From an uncultured virus (IMG/VR IMGVR_UViG_3300048836_000122) (lineage: Duplodnaviria; Heunggongvirae; Uroviricota; Caudoviricetes): DNA of 64,000 nt. The stretch is taken from IMG/VR virus record IMGVR_UViG_3300048836_000122. The stretch is one strand, 5' to 3'. Below, piece after piece: positions 22,501-30,588 of this stretch (the stretch's first letter is position 1; every line of letters starts with the position of its first letter). Both the position numbers and the translations under genes were made by a program. The notes under the pieces are model-generated. The model searched no databases. It was not told where the DNA came from and saw only the letters and a list, made by a program, of their open reading frames with translations.

Positions 22501-25451
22501 TTCAAATCGCAAGAACGAATGGCGTAAACACGCTTCCCCGGTATTTGGAAGTATATGGGCTAAAAAACACCCAAGAGGTAGGTATTGCCTGGGGATTGGT
22601 GCAGAAAGCCATGAAAGCAAACGACAGTCCTTATTGGGGGCAAAATATGCTGTCATGGAGAGAGCAAATAGAAAAGACCCACTTTGACGATAAGATTGCT
22701 ATAAAGTCATGGCTTAATGCAGCCCGGGACGAGATGGGAATTGATACATCCCAAACATTTGCCGACCAAGAACTATTTAAGTCAAGAGCGGAAGCCCAAG
22801 CAGCCCGTGTTTCTGAAAGCATCATAGGTGAGACGAGAGGCAGCTTCTTCGGCAACGAAACAAGAATGGCCGAACTTACATTCGACAAAACCAGTGTAGC
22901 TGGCCGGGCAAAGCAAGATGGTATATCCATGAACGATCTTGGCACACTTGCGGTGGCAGATCACGCCTTCAGTAGAAATGAGCGTGTTGCGGAAATCATT
23001 CAAAAGAACCAGGATGCGTATGTAGATAAATTAAACGATGCCCTTGATCTTGCAATTTCTCAGAAAAATGCAGAAAAAGCACAGTTCATCCGAGATATAA
23101 TCGAAGAAGTATTAAATAACAACTACACGCATGAACTGTGGACTAAATACAAGAGTTTGGCGGCGACAAGCGAAGTCGTGGTGGTTCAAGATGGATCCGG
23201 AATATCCAATGAAGATGCACAGGCCATAATTGATAGCTTCCAGGCAAAGGGAGTCTTAGATAAGATGCGAGCCTATAACAAGGAAATCAGAGACAAACTA
23301 ATCACCGGCAGAGTCCAGATGTTATTTGACAACGGAATTATTTCCAAAGAGTCTTATGATGCACTTATGAATGGTACCCGGGATGGATACAATTCTGTAT
23401 TGAAAGACTATGTTCCTTTGACTGTGGATGATGAAGTCTTTGGAATAAACGAGGAGGGCGAAGCGAACTACTCCGGAACAGGAATACATTCGCTGGTGGG
23501 AACCGGCAAGTATGGTCTTGACAAACGCCACAATCCGATTGCAACACTTCTGAATCAATATGCTGCTTCGGTAAAACTGGTCCAACGGAACAATTTTGCA
23601 AGAGACTTTGCAAAAAATGCCAAAGATGCAGCGGAGGCTGCCGAGCAGCAAGGCAAAAACTCATATTACAAATTCAACACAGATAAGACAAACGATAGCG
23701 CAGGAACAGTACGTGCAGATGGCACGATAGTAATCGGTCGGGAGAAGATCAAGGAAAACAGTATTGTATATTTTGAGAATGGCGTAGAACACTACATTAC
23801 ATTCCCCATGGTTATGAGGCATGGCAAAAAAGTTCCCAACCCGGTCGTGCAAGCATTTGGCGCATTACCTCAGATGGCATTAAACATGGATCATCCATTT
23901 TGGAAAGGGTGGAATGCTGTGACGAACCTCAAACGAGCCATGTACACACAGTACAATTTCTGGTTTGGTGCCAACAACTTCATGCGAGACAATCAGGCGA
24001 AGTGGGCAAATATCCCAACGCTCAGTAAAATCAACTTTGGAGATGTCATAATAAATGAACTAAAGTACGGCACCGCAGTACGAGGTGTACTTGGGATTAT
24101 GGCAGGAAAGAAAATAGACCCGGTCACAAGCGCCGCCATGCAGCGAATGGAGGAGAATGGCGCAATGATGTCATGGATGGCTGCTGGAAAGATTGGCAAG
24201 GACGTTGTGGCATATCAGAAACTATTGGATGCATTAGAAAAAGGTGGTCCGGATAAGTTCACACCCTGGAACATCATGCAAAAAGGCCTCAACTTAATAG
24301 GAGCGTTCAACGATGCAATGGAAATGGGCACCAGGGTTGCCACATTTATTGCAGCAGAAAAAGCAGGGGCCACAACCAAAGAAGCTGCATGGTTGGCTAA
24401 AAACATCACGATCAACTTTGAGAAAAAGGGATCCTTGAGTCGGCAAGTAGAGCCAGCGTATCTGTTTTATTCAGTAGCATTCCAAGGCGCATATTTAGGC
24501 GGTAAAGCACTGACCAATAAACGTGCATGGAAGTTCTTGGGCACAGCGGCATTTGTTTCAATGTTCTTCCGATCAATGTTCCACATGGATGATGATGAAG
24601 AAAAACTTACAAAATACATTCTATCTGGCCAAGGTGATAGAAAAACAATTATATCAATGCCAGGCATGGAAACAGCCTTTACGATTCCAAAACCTTACGG
24701 ACCGGTTAGGATCATGCAAGCCCTTGGGGAAGGGGTGGCCGATGTAGCCTTTGGTATAAAGCCGTGGCAACATGCAGCATTAGAAGTTGCCGGTGAGTCC
24801 TATGCAGCGCTGTTCCCTGTTATGGGTGAGGCAGCCAATCCATTGAGTGCAATTATGCCGACACACGCCAAGCCATTTGCGGAAATATTAATGGATATGG
24901 CATGGTACGGCAAGCCAATTAAATCAGAGTACCCTGGTAAACCGGAGAAAGAAGTAGAGGGCGGTGGATGGCGCAGAAGCCAACACTACAATGCAACGAC
25001 AGCACCATGGGCAGTTGATTTGGCTCAAGCCATTGAGAAGAATACCCGATTTGGTGGTGGAGAGCAGGGTCTTGACATGCATCCAACTCAAATTCAATAT
25101 GCTATCAAACAGCACACAGGTGGAATGATGATGCAGAGCTGGGAGGCATTAATGGCCTTCGAGGATTTGCGGAACATCTTTGAAGAAGATGAAATGACCA
25201 AGGGCTTTGACATGACCAGGTTCCCGATAACGAAGTCATTTTGGCAAGACTTGAGCAATACAGATAAGCCTAAAATGTGGGCAGTTAGAAATGCTGTGGA
25301 TCGTCCAGCGACCACGCCGATGACGGTGAAGGAATACCGGGCAATCAGCAATGCATTAGAGGATTTGAACGAAAAAGGTTTCTTTACGAAAAGGGCCTAT
25401 TCAGAAACCAAGAGAATGCTTAGTAGGAAGTACCCGAACTTTGAGTGGTGA
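13560..25451 (+). CDS. giant polyvalent (probably ejected) protein: two kinase-like domains, ParB-like, J-domain-like, three HExxH motifs, LPD23- and LPD38-like regions
   Basis: 3963 aa. Kinase-like DIKEDNV..YID and DLHEGNI..VID; ParB-like VLSGHHRLAAA; KYHPDKGG; HENQH, HEFGH, HEAQH; TGWHKGPDGKWR; NITINFEKKG..IPKPY. Confidence 0.75.
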   Translation: MDKELYKWVTDRRLYSKSYEEFVQQYGGDNYKGLYQKLKANNIIDAESPEQFLKGFTGGKDPLRRDEDMGQVQQQEAPETPTPLIPQEEIPQEAPQETPQEAPQEGLPGSWDGMEVQELPVTPTPINPEWKPESPSGRGFVTSDYDPLVKPKKLRLSEQYDMVRSGTAPRPDGQRSVFDQAAYDAEQGIGTQVSMDLVNQITKGVDVDDQSKAEVADYLTKNPDVYARTAQRLMYEKAGSFGLSEESPVDFELPAIQRLDKRLRIRNDEKAIKEHNEFRQNNEAVNREFARIHAQAIKSNMQTKEEDAKILQERIGPERINEYYSAKQFDRLMTNVFEGESVKLEDEEDENVKESYNNAGSITDLEKFMEQYPESPLAKKAAFDVAMELDMDFDKAKQQQEATRKSLGNYKDVDEFSGVLESIDQDFHRHEKAMEKLGRLPQVAPRGMRDEIQNLKNAITQTKYASIASYNSAAALMTAAMKGTGDPNDPVYQKALAMNEEQRTRYLARHKNAAEKAAQFEVITQQIEDIDDIGDFTRWGINVSVQMVPIVSTIMAGGLLGAKVGSIGGPVGAAAGSFTGSFLVGWAAYGGDMYTAMLEGGVETDVAKNAAMKYSVLPSAVSILFPASVTYGMTRVLGREYLKNQVKKQLQAGLTGKAAQQSAQSAIQKETIKRGLKTVGIGIPSEGMAELIAQRMVIDGKMRTIPGFHMTRDEIRSEILNAGAAGLSWGGAMGAGAFVSQKATKAAFDDAKFGLEMDKYLNQLQEMDHWDPYMAKRIITQLKSQKKLNPEQKKILAHLQAAKDPNPQLSEALNEMNFWKDKVYHRGNKTNLSRFTELWNKQQKGDTTYAEDTELMMIAMNKGEVVAGEYQKLYTVTTKDGQEYTIIAHSVQHAEALTKDLDDVVSVVKREYNANDQADDVTQEPAYIRALKEVFNSDFVPQEFTAGEKTFKDATMDELLFSVEADLAQATEKTHRDELRAAMASGDFMAQINAGEITFERGQEIADSMGLEKEFDAAILAAREQMAKDYATEAETEAETEAETEAEAETQAETEAEAETQAETETETETEAATETDAEVETAETKVETKVETELERIDQEIKDYYKQVDALRSNTDPAKREQVQSEIAALQEKKAANTKRRAEILKAQADMKMQKIEAVTEATTDAKDAAEKNETPNFNDVKNEQGKKTIRRLSEESERGRSESGEANAIATIIVSRIHRDVQTQQGVSNPNAYGKIKELEESALRDYANKNGLIIPTPETEIVSDGNESDIYITGDNVTKVTTVNNYNSWLELFDSIAIHNAENPNTQYTIKGFAENKEGMFSIVVEQKMIHGNPAKLDVIHADLLSKGYELSGAYGDGRYIHKDKNIVLEDIKEDNVLVDSNGNLFYIDTDYYPYDAQRGGELIVDYADIAQESSSKSTDYRVPITGIAVKEDVFQNRDGADGKPLTLDDMINNPEKAGRAFVRVDRMAKNWSDAKQDPIHIWRDVEGQLGPKNQAYVLSGHHRLAAATKAGRTDVLVRDRTEDFGTDYAAAAEFAKVEANTLSEAETGLERSKVYRKMRADGKSKSEIKALAAEIEGSNAARILKWSNLNPEGNLLKDMAKVKDEDGITNMEKLAAWIGAARDRVPMSDIQENQLYAWATENFKKYSNEDHFVANVREAFENADTPLKLKYKEQEVTGSQKLKELKEESARLMSELGDLSSRLIDPTNEGYLKPDSPTYQEDLTRLTELQAQKQKEVQAINARIYELSKKPKEESGQSELFSVGEKTAKTKQAKGEMLSEFLKGKGVNIRVAKSAKDWNAMLNSVASDSEVLFSILDEIDLFTGDVEASKAFIDKVFSTISKEDGKTAFKKMAIKYHPDKGGALEVMQHLVATYDKFKAGEPINRQSKDWAQEQRQWQESTRSREEANRAKEQAKRQQRESQERAQREQARKAQEEAERKAREEVERILREMKEEGEALQAEIDADRARSAANMDQLIKELNKGKKPWWRFQYNQGQIAGFVKDGVMFLNPATLNTKTVLHENQHIWQQAVKDAARNGDADAQAIMQKRQELFGKMADSTMAGRPPVAELSNAVYKQKTGESKDAWRNRLIDEIEAYMTSEAMQGRLDALEKKNPSLFQQVKDFIAALNEWLSGLIGLKGQDVLNMTMDEYIDAAGASALKGEFNSQKKSTNEKFNRQEWEILSEGNGILRLIQDDLGLYEGKYSETDVFNKLRAKYQDQGIVLDNIDTRLGAEIGNGTESLIWGNPENKSVIKAMSYDMEGGIANLIDKIVIHNSVFPETKISLLGIGNLSDGTNVFIVEQPFVDYNNDVVMNSDDIVDFMKSKGFDKITNDKYPVFSNGRYELKDLHEGNIGITKAGNIGVIDFFADIVREAETGGETLFVEESQVSSGGEQEAQAVVDQVSKAFPNIAVVTDGAEVAKAKVAAGVEGALGFVYQGKVFIDMKIARPDTPIHEFGHIWGLWAKMNDNAHYQKGLQLVEGSVYEARVRESGKYEGLSKEEILDEALMMAIGERGAEITKGGFKQWLKELWDSVKALFMGKPDIENMTLEQYVDAVATQLLDGTPISNVTSEQIAKVQERTKPMFFEEKSAMELGSMVGNTVIARQLEESGRSGAEIEAITGWHKGPDGKWRVFVPQSSNVSKGETLGQMMDIPHLYKLYPEAKDLPIKIVDHTDFTAAYNFDGHIEVSRAAMESPSLASHLIHEAQHFVQHQEGLINPDNAADLTNAEQVMWNAIGGFPDAWRGWSDGMIRTGLENMVNDLAAKRYTKSMVDGKTYTHADVRGLFHIPIEVDANGNFREISQELFDAATEYSQDRKPYEGQEQNVADRVAQAKERYEKALKAETKISNFSGGTKSRGRTTGHISQTVTTNPIITTLLSMYTGDKSKGYVSQYTEQQAEAAANQIELYQSMENMGVDPAEVWWIRSKMEAKSTNVEAQSIWEPTGAYLESVKVFANEYKARTADIDPVLQKKLMDHIQIARTNGVNTLPRYLEVYGLKNTQEVGIAWGLVQKAMKANDSPYWGQNMLSWREQIEKTHFDDKIAIKSWLNAARDEMGIDTSQTFADQELFKSRAEAQAARVSESIIGETRGSFFGNETRMAELTFDKTSVAGRAKQDGISMNDLGTLAVADHAFSRNERVAEIIQKNQDAYVDKLNDALDLAISQKNAEKAQFIRDIIEEVLNNNYTHELWTKYKSLAATSEVVVVQDGSGISNEDAQAIIDSFQAKGVLDKMRAYNKEIRDKLITGRVQMLFDNGIISKESYDALMNGTRDGYNSVLKDYVPLTVDDEVFGINEEGEANYSGTGIHSLVGTGKYGLDKRHNPIATLLNQYAASVKLVQRNNFARDFAKNAKDAAEAAEQQGKNSYYKFNTDKTNDSAGTVRADGTIVIGREKIKENSIVYFENGVEHYITFPMVMRHGKKVPNPVVQAFGALPQMALNMDHPFWKGWNAVTNLKRAMYTQYNFWFGANNFMRDNQAKWANIPTLSKINFGDVIINELKYGTAVRGVLGIMAGKKIDPVTSAAMQRMEENGAMMSWMAAGKIGKDVVAYQKLLDALEKGGPDKFTPWNIMQKGLNLIGAFNDAMEMGTRVATFIAAEKAGATTKEAAWLAKNITINFEKKGSLSRQVEPAYLFYSVAFQGAYLGGKALTNKRAWKFLGTAAFVSMFFRSMFHMDDDEEKLTKYILSGQGDRKTIISMPGMETAFTIPKPYGPVRIMQALGEGVADVAFGIKPWQHAALEVAGESYAALFPVMGEAANPLSAIMPTHAKPFAEILMDMAWYGKPIKSEYPGKPEKEVEGGGWRRSQHYNATTAPWAVDLAQAIEKNTRFGGGEQGLDMHPTQIQYAIKQHTGGMMMQSWEALMAFEDLRNIFEEDEMTKGFDMTRFPITKSFWQDLSNTDKPKMWAVRNAVDRPATTPMTVKEYRAISNALEDLNEKGFFTKRAYSETKRMLSRKYPNFEW
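16650..16840 (+). repeat. coding tandem repeats (ETEA/ETQA/ETKV) in the giant protein
   Basis: Repeated gccgagacggaa, gagacccaagcc and gttgagacaaaa units. Confidence 0.85.
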
Positions 25452-26764
25452 ACTACCCACCCACGGCAGAGCCGATGGGATGGGCTTCAAGGGTCAACGC
25501 TCCAACTAATGTTGGCAACTTACCTTGATTTTTCCTATCCGTTCCAGATAAGATGTTTTTTAATGCAAATGATTTGATATTTATGGCAGCGTTTACATCT
25601 CTTGAAACCACCTCACCACACTTAGGACAAATCCATTCCCTATCTGATAGGGTTAGGTCTTTGTTTATGTGTCCGCAATTTGCGTGTAGTTTCGATGAAG
25701 GCTCAAACCTCCCAATTTTCAGAATGTTTTTGCCGTACCATTCTGCTTTATATTCCAGCATTGTAACAAAAGTTGACCACCCTGCATCACTTATTGCTTG
25801 CGCTAAATTGTGGTTCTTTACCATATTAGAAACTGCTAAATCTTCAATAGCTAAACTATCGTGGTTCTTGATTAGTTCGCTTGAAGTTTTGTGTAGAAAG
25901 TCTTTTCTTTGGTTTGCTACTTTTTCGTGGAGTATAGCTAATTTTTGTTTTGTCCTCTTACCCTTGTGTTTTGAGTATTTGCGCTGTACATATTTTAATT
26001 TACTTTGTGCTTTACGAAGAAATTTGGGATTATCATATTCTTTTCCGTCAGATGAAACAAGATATGTTTTAATTCCTAAATCAATTCCAACTGTTGTATT
26101 TTCTTTAACTTTTGCTTTTGGTTGTATTGCTTCTCCTGTTTCACATAGTATCGAAACAAAATATTTGCCCGTTGATGTACGGGATATAGTAGCTTGTCTT
26201 ATCACACCTTTAATTGGTCGGTGTAGAATGATACTGATTCCCTTCTTAAACTTAGGAATAATTAGTTTATCGTTTTCTAAAAGTACATTTTGTGGTATAT
26301 TAAAACTACCACCATTTGATTTCTTTTTGAAGTTTGGGAAACTATTTTGTCCTTTAAAAAAGGCTGTGTATGCCTTATCTAAGTTGGTTATTGATTGTTG
26401 CAGAGATTGGCTATTGATTTCTTTTAGCCATTCACATTCAGTTTTAAGGTCTTTTAATTGGCTGTGTAGTGCAAAGCAACTTAAATTAACCTTATTACCA
26501 GCCCAAGCCATCTGTTTACATTCTAAGGCTAAATTATACACAAAACGACTAGCTCCAATATGCTTATTAAGCAGAATGGTTTGTTCTTTTGTTGGATTAA
26601 TTTTGTATTTAAAAGCCTTTAGCATCAATTATAAATATATGCAAATATACAAAAGTTTAAAGAAGAAACGATATTTATTTAAAATAATTACTAACATTTA
26701 GCGGATGATGTCGCTTTCATCCCACCCACAGCAAAGCTGATGAGTGGGCTTTCGCTCCAAGTAT
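25448..26764 (-). mobile_element. non-autonomous IS200/IS605-family (IS1341-like) element carrying tnpB only
   Basis: Related subterminal hairpins at 25456-25484 and 26721-26748; on the minus strand the element follows TTAC (26765-26768) and ends in TCAC (25448-25451); no tnpA. Confidence 0.8.
25453..26628 (-). CDS. tnpB: RNA-guided endonuclease TnpB
   Basis: N-terminal KAFKYKINPT; RuvC motifs GIDLG, AIEDL and RDVNAA; Zn finger HxxC...CPKCG. Confidence 0.95.
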   Translation of the reverse strand: MMLKAFKYKINPTKEQTILLNKHIGASRFVYNLALECKQMAWAGNKVNLSCFALHSQLKDLKTECEWLKEINSQSLQQSITNLDKAYTAFFKGQNSFPNFKKKSNGGSFNIPQNVLLENDKLIIPKFKKGISIILHRPIKGVIRQATISRTSTGKYFVSILCETGEAIQPKAKVKENTTVGIDLGIKTYLVSSDGKEYDNPKFLRKAQSKLKYVQRKYSKHKGKRTKQKLAILHEKVANQRKDFLHKTSSELIKNHDSLAIEDLAVSNMVKNHNLAQAISDAGWSTFVTMLEYKAEWYGKNILKIGRFEPSSKLHANCGHINKDLTLSDREWICPKCGEVVSRDVNAAINIKSFALKNILSGTDRKNQGKLPTLVGALTLEAHPIGSAVGG

Positions 26765-26836
26765 GTAAATTTGTAATGTCCAGGCCATTCTTTGTTTCAA
26801 ATACATAGTGGCCAGGTTTTTCGATTGTAACTTCCA

Positions 26837-27256
26837 TTACTTAGCAAGTTTAAAGACATTACCCTGCCTTTCAGGAGCGGTAAGAGGTCGGTGATAGATA
26901 ATTTCTCCGGTCGGCGTGACGTACTGCATACGTCCTAATTCATGATCGGCCACAAGGAATACTTCCCCGGTGACGCTTTCGGTACGGTTGCGAAGCGAAT
27001 AAAGAATAGATCGCACTTCTGCTTTGTGCTTTTTGATTGAAGCATTCAACTGATTGCGAAACGCTACCAGTTCGTCCTGCAGGTTAGCGAGCTTGATCGA
27101 TTCGCTTTCCAAATTAAATCGCAAGGCAGCCATCTCGTCATCTGACAAACTTCTGCTGTAGCTGTGTTCGGAAATGGTATCATCTGCGATACTTTCCAAT
27201 GCCAGCCTCCGTTCGTGTTCGGGGATGGACATCAACTCTTCTAAAATCATAGTCAA
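26837..27256 (-). CDS. hypothetical protein
   Basis: 139 aa ORF in the leftward operon. Confidence 0.6.
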   Translation of the reverse strand: MTMILEELMSIPEHERRLALESIADDTISEHSYSRSLSDDEMAALRFNLESESIKLANLQDELVAFRNQLNASIKKHKAEVRSILYSLRNRTESVTGEVFLVADHELGRMQYVTPTGEIIYHRPLTAPERQGNVFKLAK

Positions 27257-27268
27257 TAGTTTTGGTTA

Positions 27269-27547
27269 TTAAAAACGGTTACTCTTCATCGAAATATAAC
27301 TACCGAGTAGTCCTCCAAACAAGGAGCACAGCACAATCGGTAAGTACGACCATTCGAAATTTGTTATTATTTCATGCATCGATATCGCTCCAATGGCGAT
27401 GGAAACCAGCCACGACAAGTGGACAAATGTGCCAGATATCAACACATGAGGTATGTTCTGTTTGGCGATCGCCTTGACGTTCCAGGTACGGCATCCAATG
27501 AAAATCAATTGGGTGACGAAAACAATTAGGGAGTAGTATAGGATCAT
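27269..27547 (-). CDS. small membrane protein
   Basis: About three hydrophobic segments from MILYYSLIVF; ATG overlaps the stop of the upstream gene. Confidence 0.5.
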   Translation of the reverse strand: MILYYSLIVFVTQLIFIGCRTWNVKAIAKQNIPHVLISGTFVHLSWLVSIAIGAISMHEIITNFEWSYLPIVLCSLFGGLLGSYISMKSNRF

Positions 27548-28074
27548 TCGACTTTTTTTGAATAGATAGTGTCTTTTTGCTCTCTCCAAGTTCCTGCCTT
27601 TTGCATTTCGCAATACTGCTCAAAGGTAGGAAATGACACAAAGAACGGAGGGCCGCTGTAATCTGCAATAATTTGCTGCTCGTACCTGTCGATAAATTCG
27701 CTGTCAGTCATTGATGTCGTGGTGCCTGGTATTTTATACACATCACCGGTGCTTATACAGTAAACCGTAATTGGGTTGTAGATGAACTTCATCACGGTGT
27801 GAATCTCCTCGGTTGTTTGTGCTGTCCTGTCGCCTATTTGGAACCGGTGACCAACCTGGGCCAACATACAGTGCATTACACAGTCAAAATAGTACTTGTA
27901 CTTCTTTGGAGTGCGCTTGTGCTTTTCCTTGACCATAAATTCATGATCACCGGGATTGAGACTATCCCACATCTGACGAAATGCGACCTTGTCTTTCTGC
28001 GACATGGTACCATCATCGTTTTTGAATATGTCAAGCTTGTGCATCAGTCTCTTTATGGCAGTTCCTATCGTCAA
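27544..28074 (-). CDS. NinB-like protein
   Basis: KRT..KYKYYF and TTTSMTDSEFIDRYEQ pattern of NinB-like phage proteins. Confidence 0.45.
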   Translation of the reverse strand: MTIGTAIKRLMHKLDIFKNDDGTMSQKDKVAFRQMWDSLNPGDHEFMVKEKHKRTPKKYKYYFDCVMHCMLAQVGHRFQIGDRTAQTTEEIHTVMKFIYNPITVYCISTGDVYKIPGTTTSMTDSEFIDRYEQQIIADYSGPPFFVSFPTFEQYCEMQKAGTWREQKDTIYSKKVE

Positions 28075-28465
28075 TTATTTCAAAACCAATTCGAGTATCC
28101 ATTTTAACCAAACGAGTGAAGTACTTTTTCTTCTGCGTCAAGTATTTCTGTATTCTTCTGCGATCTTCCAAAACCGGCTGTGTAATCCTATTCGGACCAA
28201 AGTGATTGGCCGAGTGACCGCACATGGAGGCAAAGAAGGAAACATTTACCCGGCCTCTAAACGGAAATACATCACCACGGGCTTGCATGTCATCCATTAT
28301 GGTGCGAATCCAGCGAACACACAACGCCCATTCCTCCCGGTTCATGGGAAGACCTTTTTGCAGACGTTGATAGGATATGCCTGTTTCCTTGGCCATCGCT
28401 GTCACATTTATCCAAGTTAGCTTCTCGGATTGGATGAATTTTATGATGTTAACTCGCTTTCTCAT
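28031..28465 (-). CDS. hypothetical protein with HTH-like N-terminus
   Basis: INVTAMAKETGISYQRLQKG resembles a helix-turn-helix. Confidence 0.4.
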   Translation of the reverse strand: MRKRVNIIKFIQSEKLTWINVTAMAKETGISYQRLQKGLPMNREEWALCVRWIRTIMDDMQARGDVFPFRGRVNVSFFASMCGHSANHFGPNRITQPVLEDRRRIQKYLTQKKKYFTRLVKMDTRIGFEIIDDRNCHKETDAQA

Positions 28466-29166
28466 TCAATTAATTTGATGTCAGGTGCCGATAACATATC
28501 ATTTTGCTGCTGATTTGCCATGTCACAATTCAGCGTTACAATAGGATAAGACTTGGCTTGCCCAGAAGTATTAGAAACGTGTTTTTCCACATCCAGGGTA
28601 AAGGTTACACCAACAACAGACCCACGGACTTGCATAACAAGGTCGAAGGTGCCTAATAGTTTAGGTATAGTCGTTTCTTTGCCGGAAGAAACAAACTCCC
28701 AATAGCCTATAATTTGGGTGCCGGGGATTAAAAACCGGATACGGCACACTTCCTTCCAAGGCTTATGCCTGTCAGTGGTGTACGCCTTAACCAGTGGTTT
28801 AACATGGGTGTTGATAGTTTCGGGTGACGAAGCCTCTAACCATGTGCCATCCGGCTGAATGACTCTGTACGATTCGCCATCTCCAACGGCAATCATTTTG
28901 CCAGCCTTATCCCGGAGTTCATAAAAGTGACTTAGAGACTGTTCTTCTTCGTCACTATAAAACTGAATAGGGATCGATGTCGGTTTTTCACCATAAAGGG
29001 CTTTGACCCTCATAGCTTTCACTTCATCTGCGTCAATCACAAAGTAGTCTGTGGAGGCTGGATACTCTGCGCCACCTTGTGACTGCCGCTTCTCTCCGAT
29101 CTTAATCCGACCGGCGAGGGGCAGACTTCTTCTGAGGACTCTTGCCTCGGTGTTTTTTATTCTCAT
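28462..29166 (-). CDS. Gp3-like / recombination directionality factor-like protein
   Basis: LAGRIKIGEK...YP.STDYFV N-terminus and CRIRFLIP..IGYW motif. Confidence 0.55.
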   Translation of the reverse strand: MRIKNTEARVLRRSLPLAGRIKIGEKRQSQGGAEYPASTDYFVIDADEVKAMRVKALYGEKPTSIPIQFYSDEEEQSLSHFYELRDKAGKMIAVGDGESYRVIQPDGTWLEASSPETINTHVKPLVKAYTTDRHKPWKEVCRIRFLIPGTQIIGYWEFVSSGKETTIPKLLGTFDLVMQVRGSVVGVTFTLDVEKHVSNTSGQAKSYPIVTLNCDMANQQQNDMLSAPDIKLIE

Positions 29167-29349
29167 TTGATATTTTTAAGAATGTTTGTTAGCAATGCCC
29201 AAATCACAATTAAAGGCCATAATACAAGGACAACTTTACGCTGCCAAGAAAACGACACATCAACATTTATACATTGGAAATATAGGTGCGTAGCGCCCAT
29301 ACCAAGCATATAAATAGCGATTATGAGAAAATTAATTAAAAACATAGCG

Positions 29350-29387
29350 CAAAGATAGTACACTTTTGGAAACTTTTACTACCTTTG
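29350..29387. promoter_or_regulatory. divergent Bacteroidota sigma70 -7 boxes
   Basis: TATCTTTG on minus (29350-29357) and TACCTTTG on plus (29380-29387) between divergent operons. Confidence 0.7.
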
Positions 29388-29406
29388 TAAAAATATTATA
29401 AAAAAC

Positions 29407-30348
29407 GTGTTTATGGAACTAAAGGAAGCTGGACTAATTAAGGAGGTGAAACCGGAATTCTGCAAGTATGTAGAGCCGGAATTTTACCTATGGAGGTATG
29501 ATGCAGGCAATGATCGTTTTTACATGAGACTTGCCCAGGATGGAACAATTCTATCTCATTATTTATCGGTGACGGCATTTTGCAAAATGTCACTTTCTAC
29601 CTCTCCACACTTAATTGACTGGATGTTGAAACATGGCGACCAGGCAGTTAATATAAGAGACGAACGAGCTGCCTATGGAACCTTGCTTCACAAGCTGGCA
29701 GTAGATGGCATCTTGACACAGCGAGTGTCTTTTCAAGAAGCGAGAGAACATGCACTGATTGAAGCCAATACTACCGGATTTCCGGGTATGGCTATGAAGT
29801 GGCAAATGGATGTATGTGCTGACCTATGTGCGTTCTTCTTGTTTTACAAAGAGAAGGTCACGGACATAATCGGACTTGAGTTTCCCGTGGCATCGGACAC
29901 CTTCGGATTGGGAGGTACGATTGACATTATAGGAATGGTCCGGTTTAATCGCCGAGTAGTTCCTGCAATAATTGACATCAAGTCCGGCCGCAAAGGGTTT
30001 TGGGAAGCCCATGAACTTCAACTCCAAGTGTATAAAAAGATATGGAATGAAATGTTCCCAAATCTTCCAGTTTCGCATGTATTCAATTGGGCCCCGGCTG
30101 CATGGAAAACTGTTCCGAAATATAAGTTTGTCAATCAAACAGACAGCAAGTATTCTACCACGGTAGTCAGTAGAATGCGAATAGCCAAGAATGAAGCATG
30201 GAATAAACCTCCCAAGGAGCGTCTATGGTTGGATGGTGAGTTCAACGTCAGAGACTTCGTTCCAGAAAGACATATCAAGATGCTTTCACTGAAAGAGATC
30301 GAAGCAGAAGCCGCATTTTTCCCTGAAACTGAAAGCGATGAATCTTGA
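29407..30348 (+). CDS. PD-(D/E)XK exonuclease
   Basis: YGTLLH, GGTIDII, IIDIKSG and ELQLQVY motifs. Confidence 0.75.
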   Translation: MFMELKEAGLIKEVKPEFCKYVEPEFYLWRYDAGNDRFYMRLAQDGTILSHYLSVTAFCKMSLSTSPHLIDWMLKHGDQAVNIRDERAAYGTLLHKLAVDGILTQRVSFQEAREHALIEANTTGFPGMAMKWQMDVCADLCAFFLFYKEKVTDIIGLEFPVASDTFGLGGTIDIIGMVRFNRRVVPAIIDIKSGRKGFWEAHELQLQVYKKIWNEMFPNLPVSHVFNWAPAAWKTVPKYKFVNQTDSKYSTTVVSRMRIAKNEAWNKPPKERLWLDGEFNVRDFVPERHIKMLSLKEIEAEAAFFPETESDES

Positions 30349-30586
30349 ACACCAATACCAGCTCTATTTGGAGCGAATGGGATTATCCGAGGACAGAATG
30401 CATCCCGTTCAAAAGATGCAATTGAAACAGACCTTTTACGGTGCCTGTGGACAAATGCTTACCCTTTTACGGGATGAAGTAGGCGCACTTGAAGAAGATG
30501 AAGCCGTTGAAGCCGTTGAAGCCCTTGCAAGTATGCTGAACCAAGTGAGGAACTTTTTTCTAAAGGAGACGAATAAACTAAATTAA
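30338..30586 (+). CDS. hypothetical protein
   Basis: 82 aa, translationally coupled. Confidence 0.55.
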   Translation: MNLEHQYQLYLERMGLSEDRMHPVQKMQLKQTFYGACGQMLTLLRDEVGALEEDEAVEAVEALASMLNQVRNFFLKETNKLN

Positions 30587-30588
30587 TT

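Noticed and set aside
13560..25451. crAss-type virion RNA polymerase
   Set aside because: No DxDGD/DxDxD catalytic motif seen; the domains fit a polyvalent protein.
25553..26701. 382-aa plus-strand ORF
   Set aside because: Antisense shadow of tnpB with no recognisable motifs.
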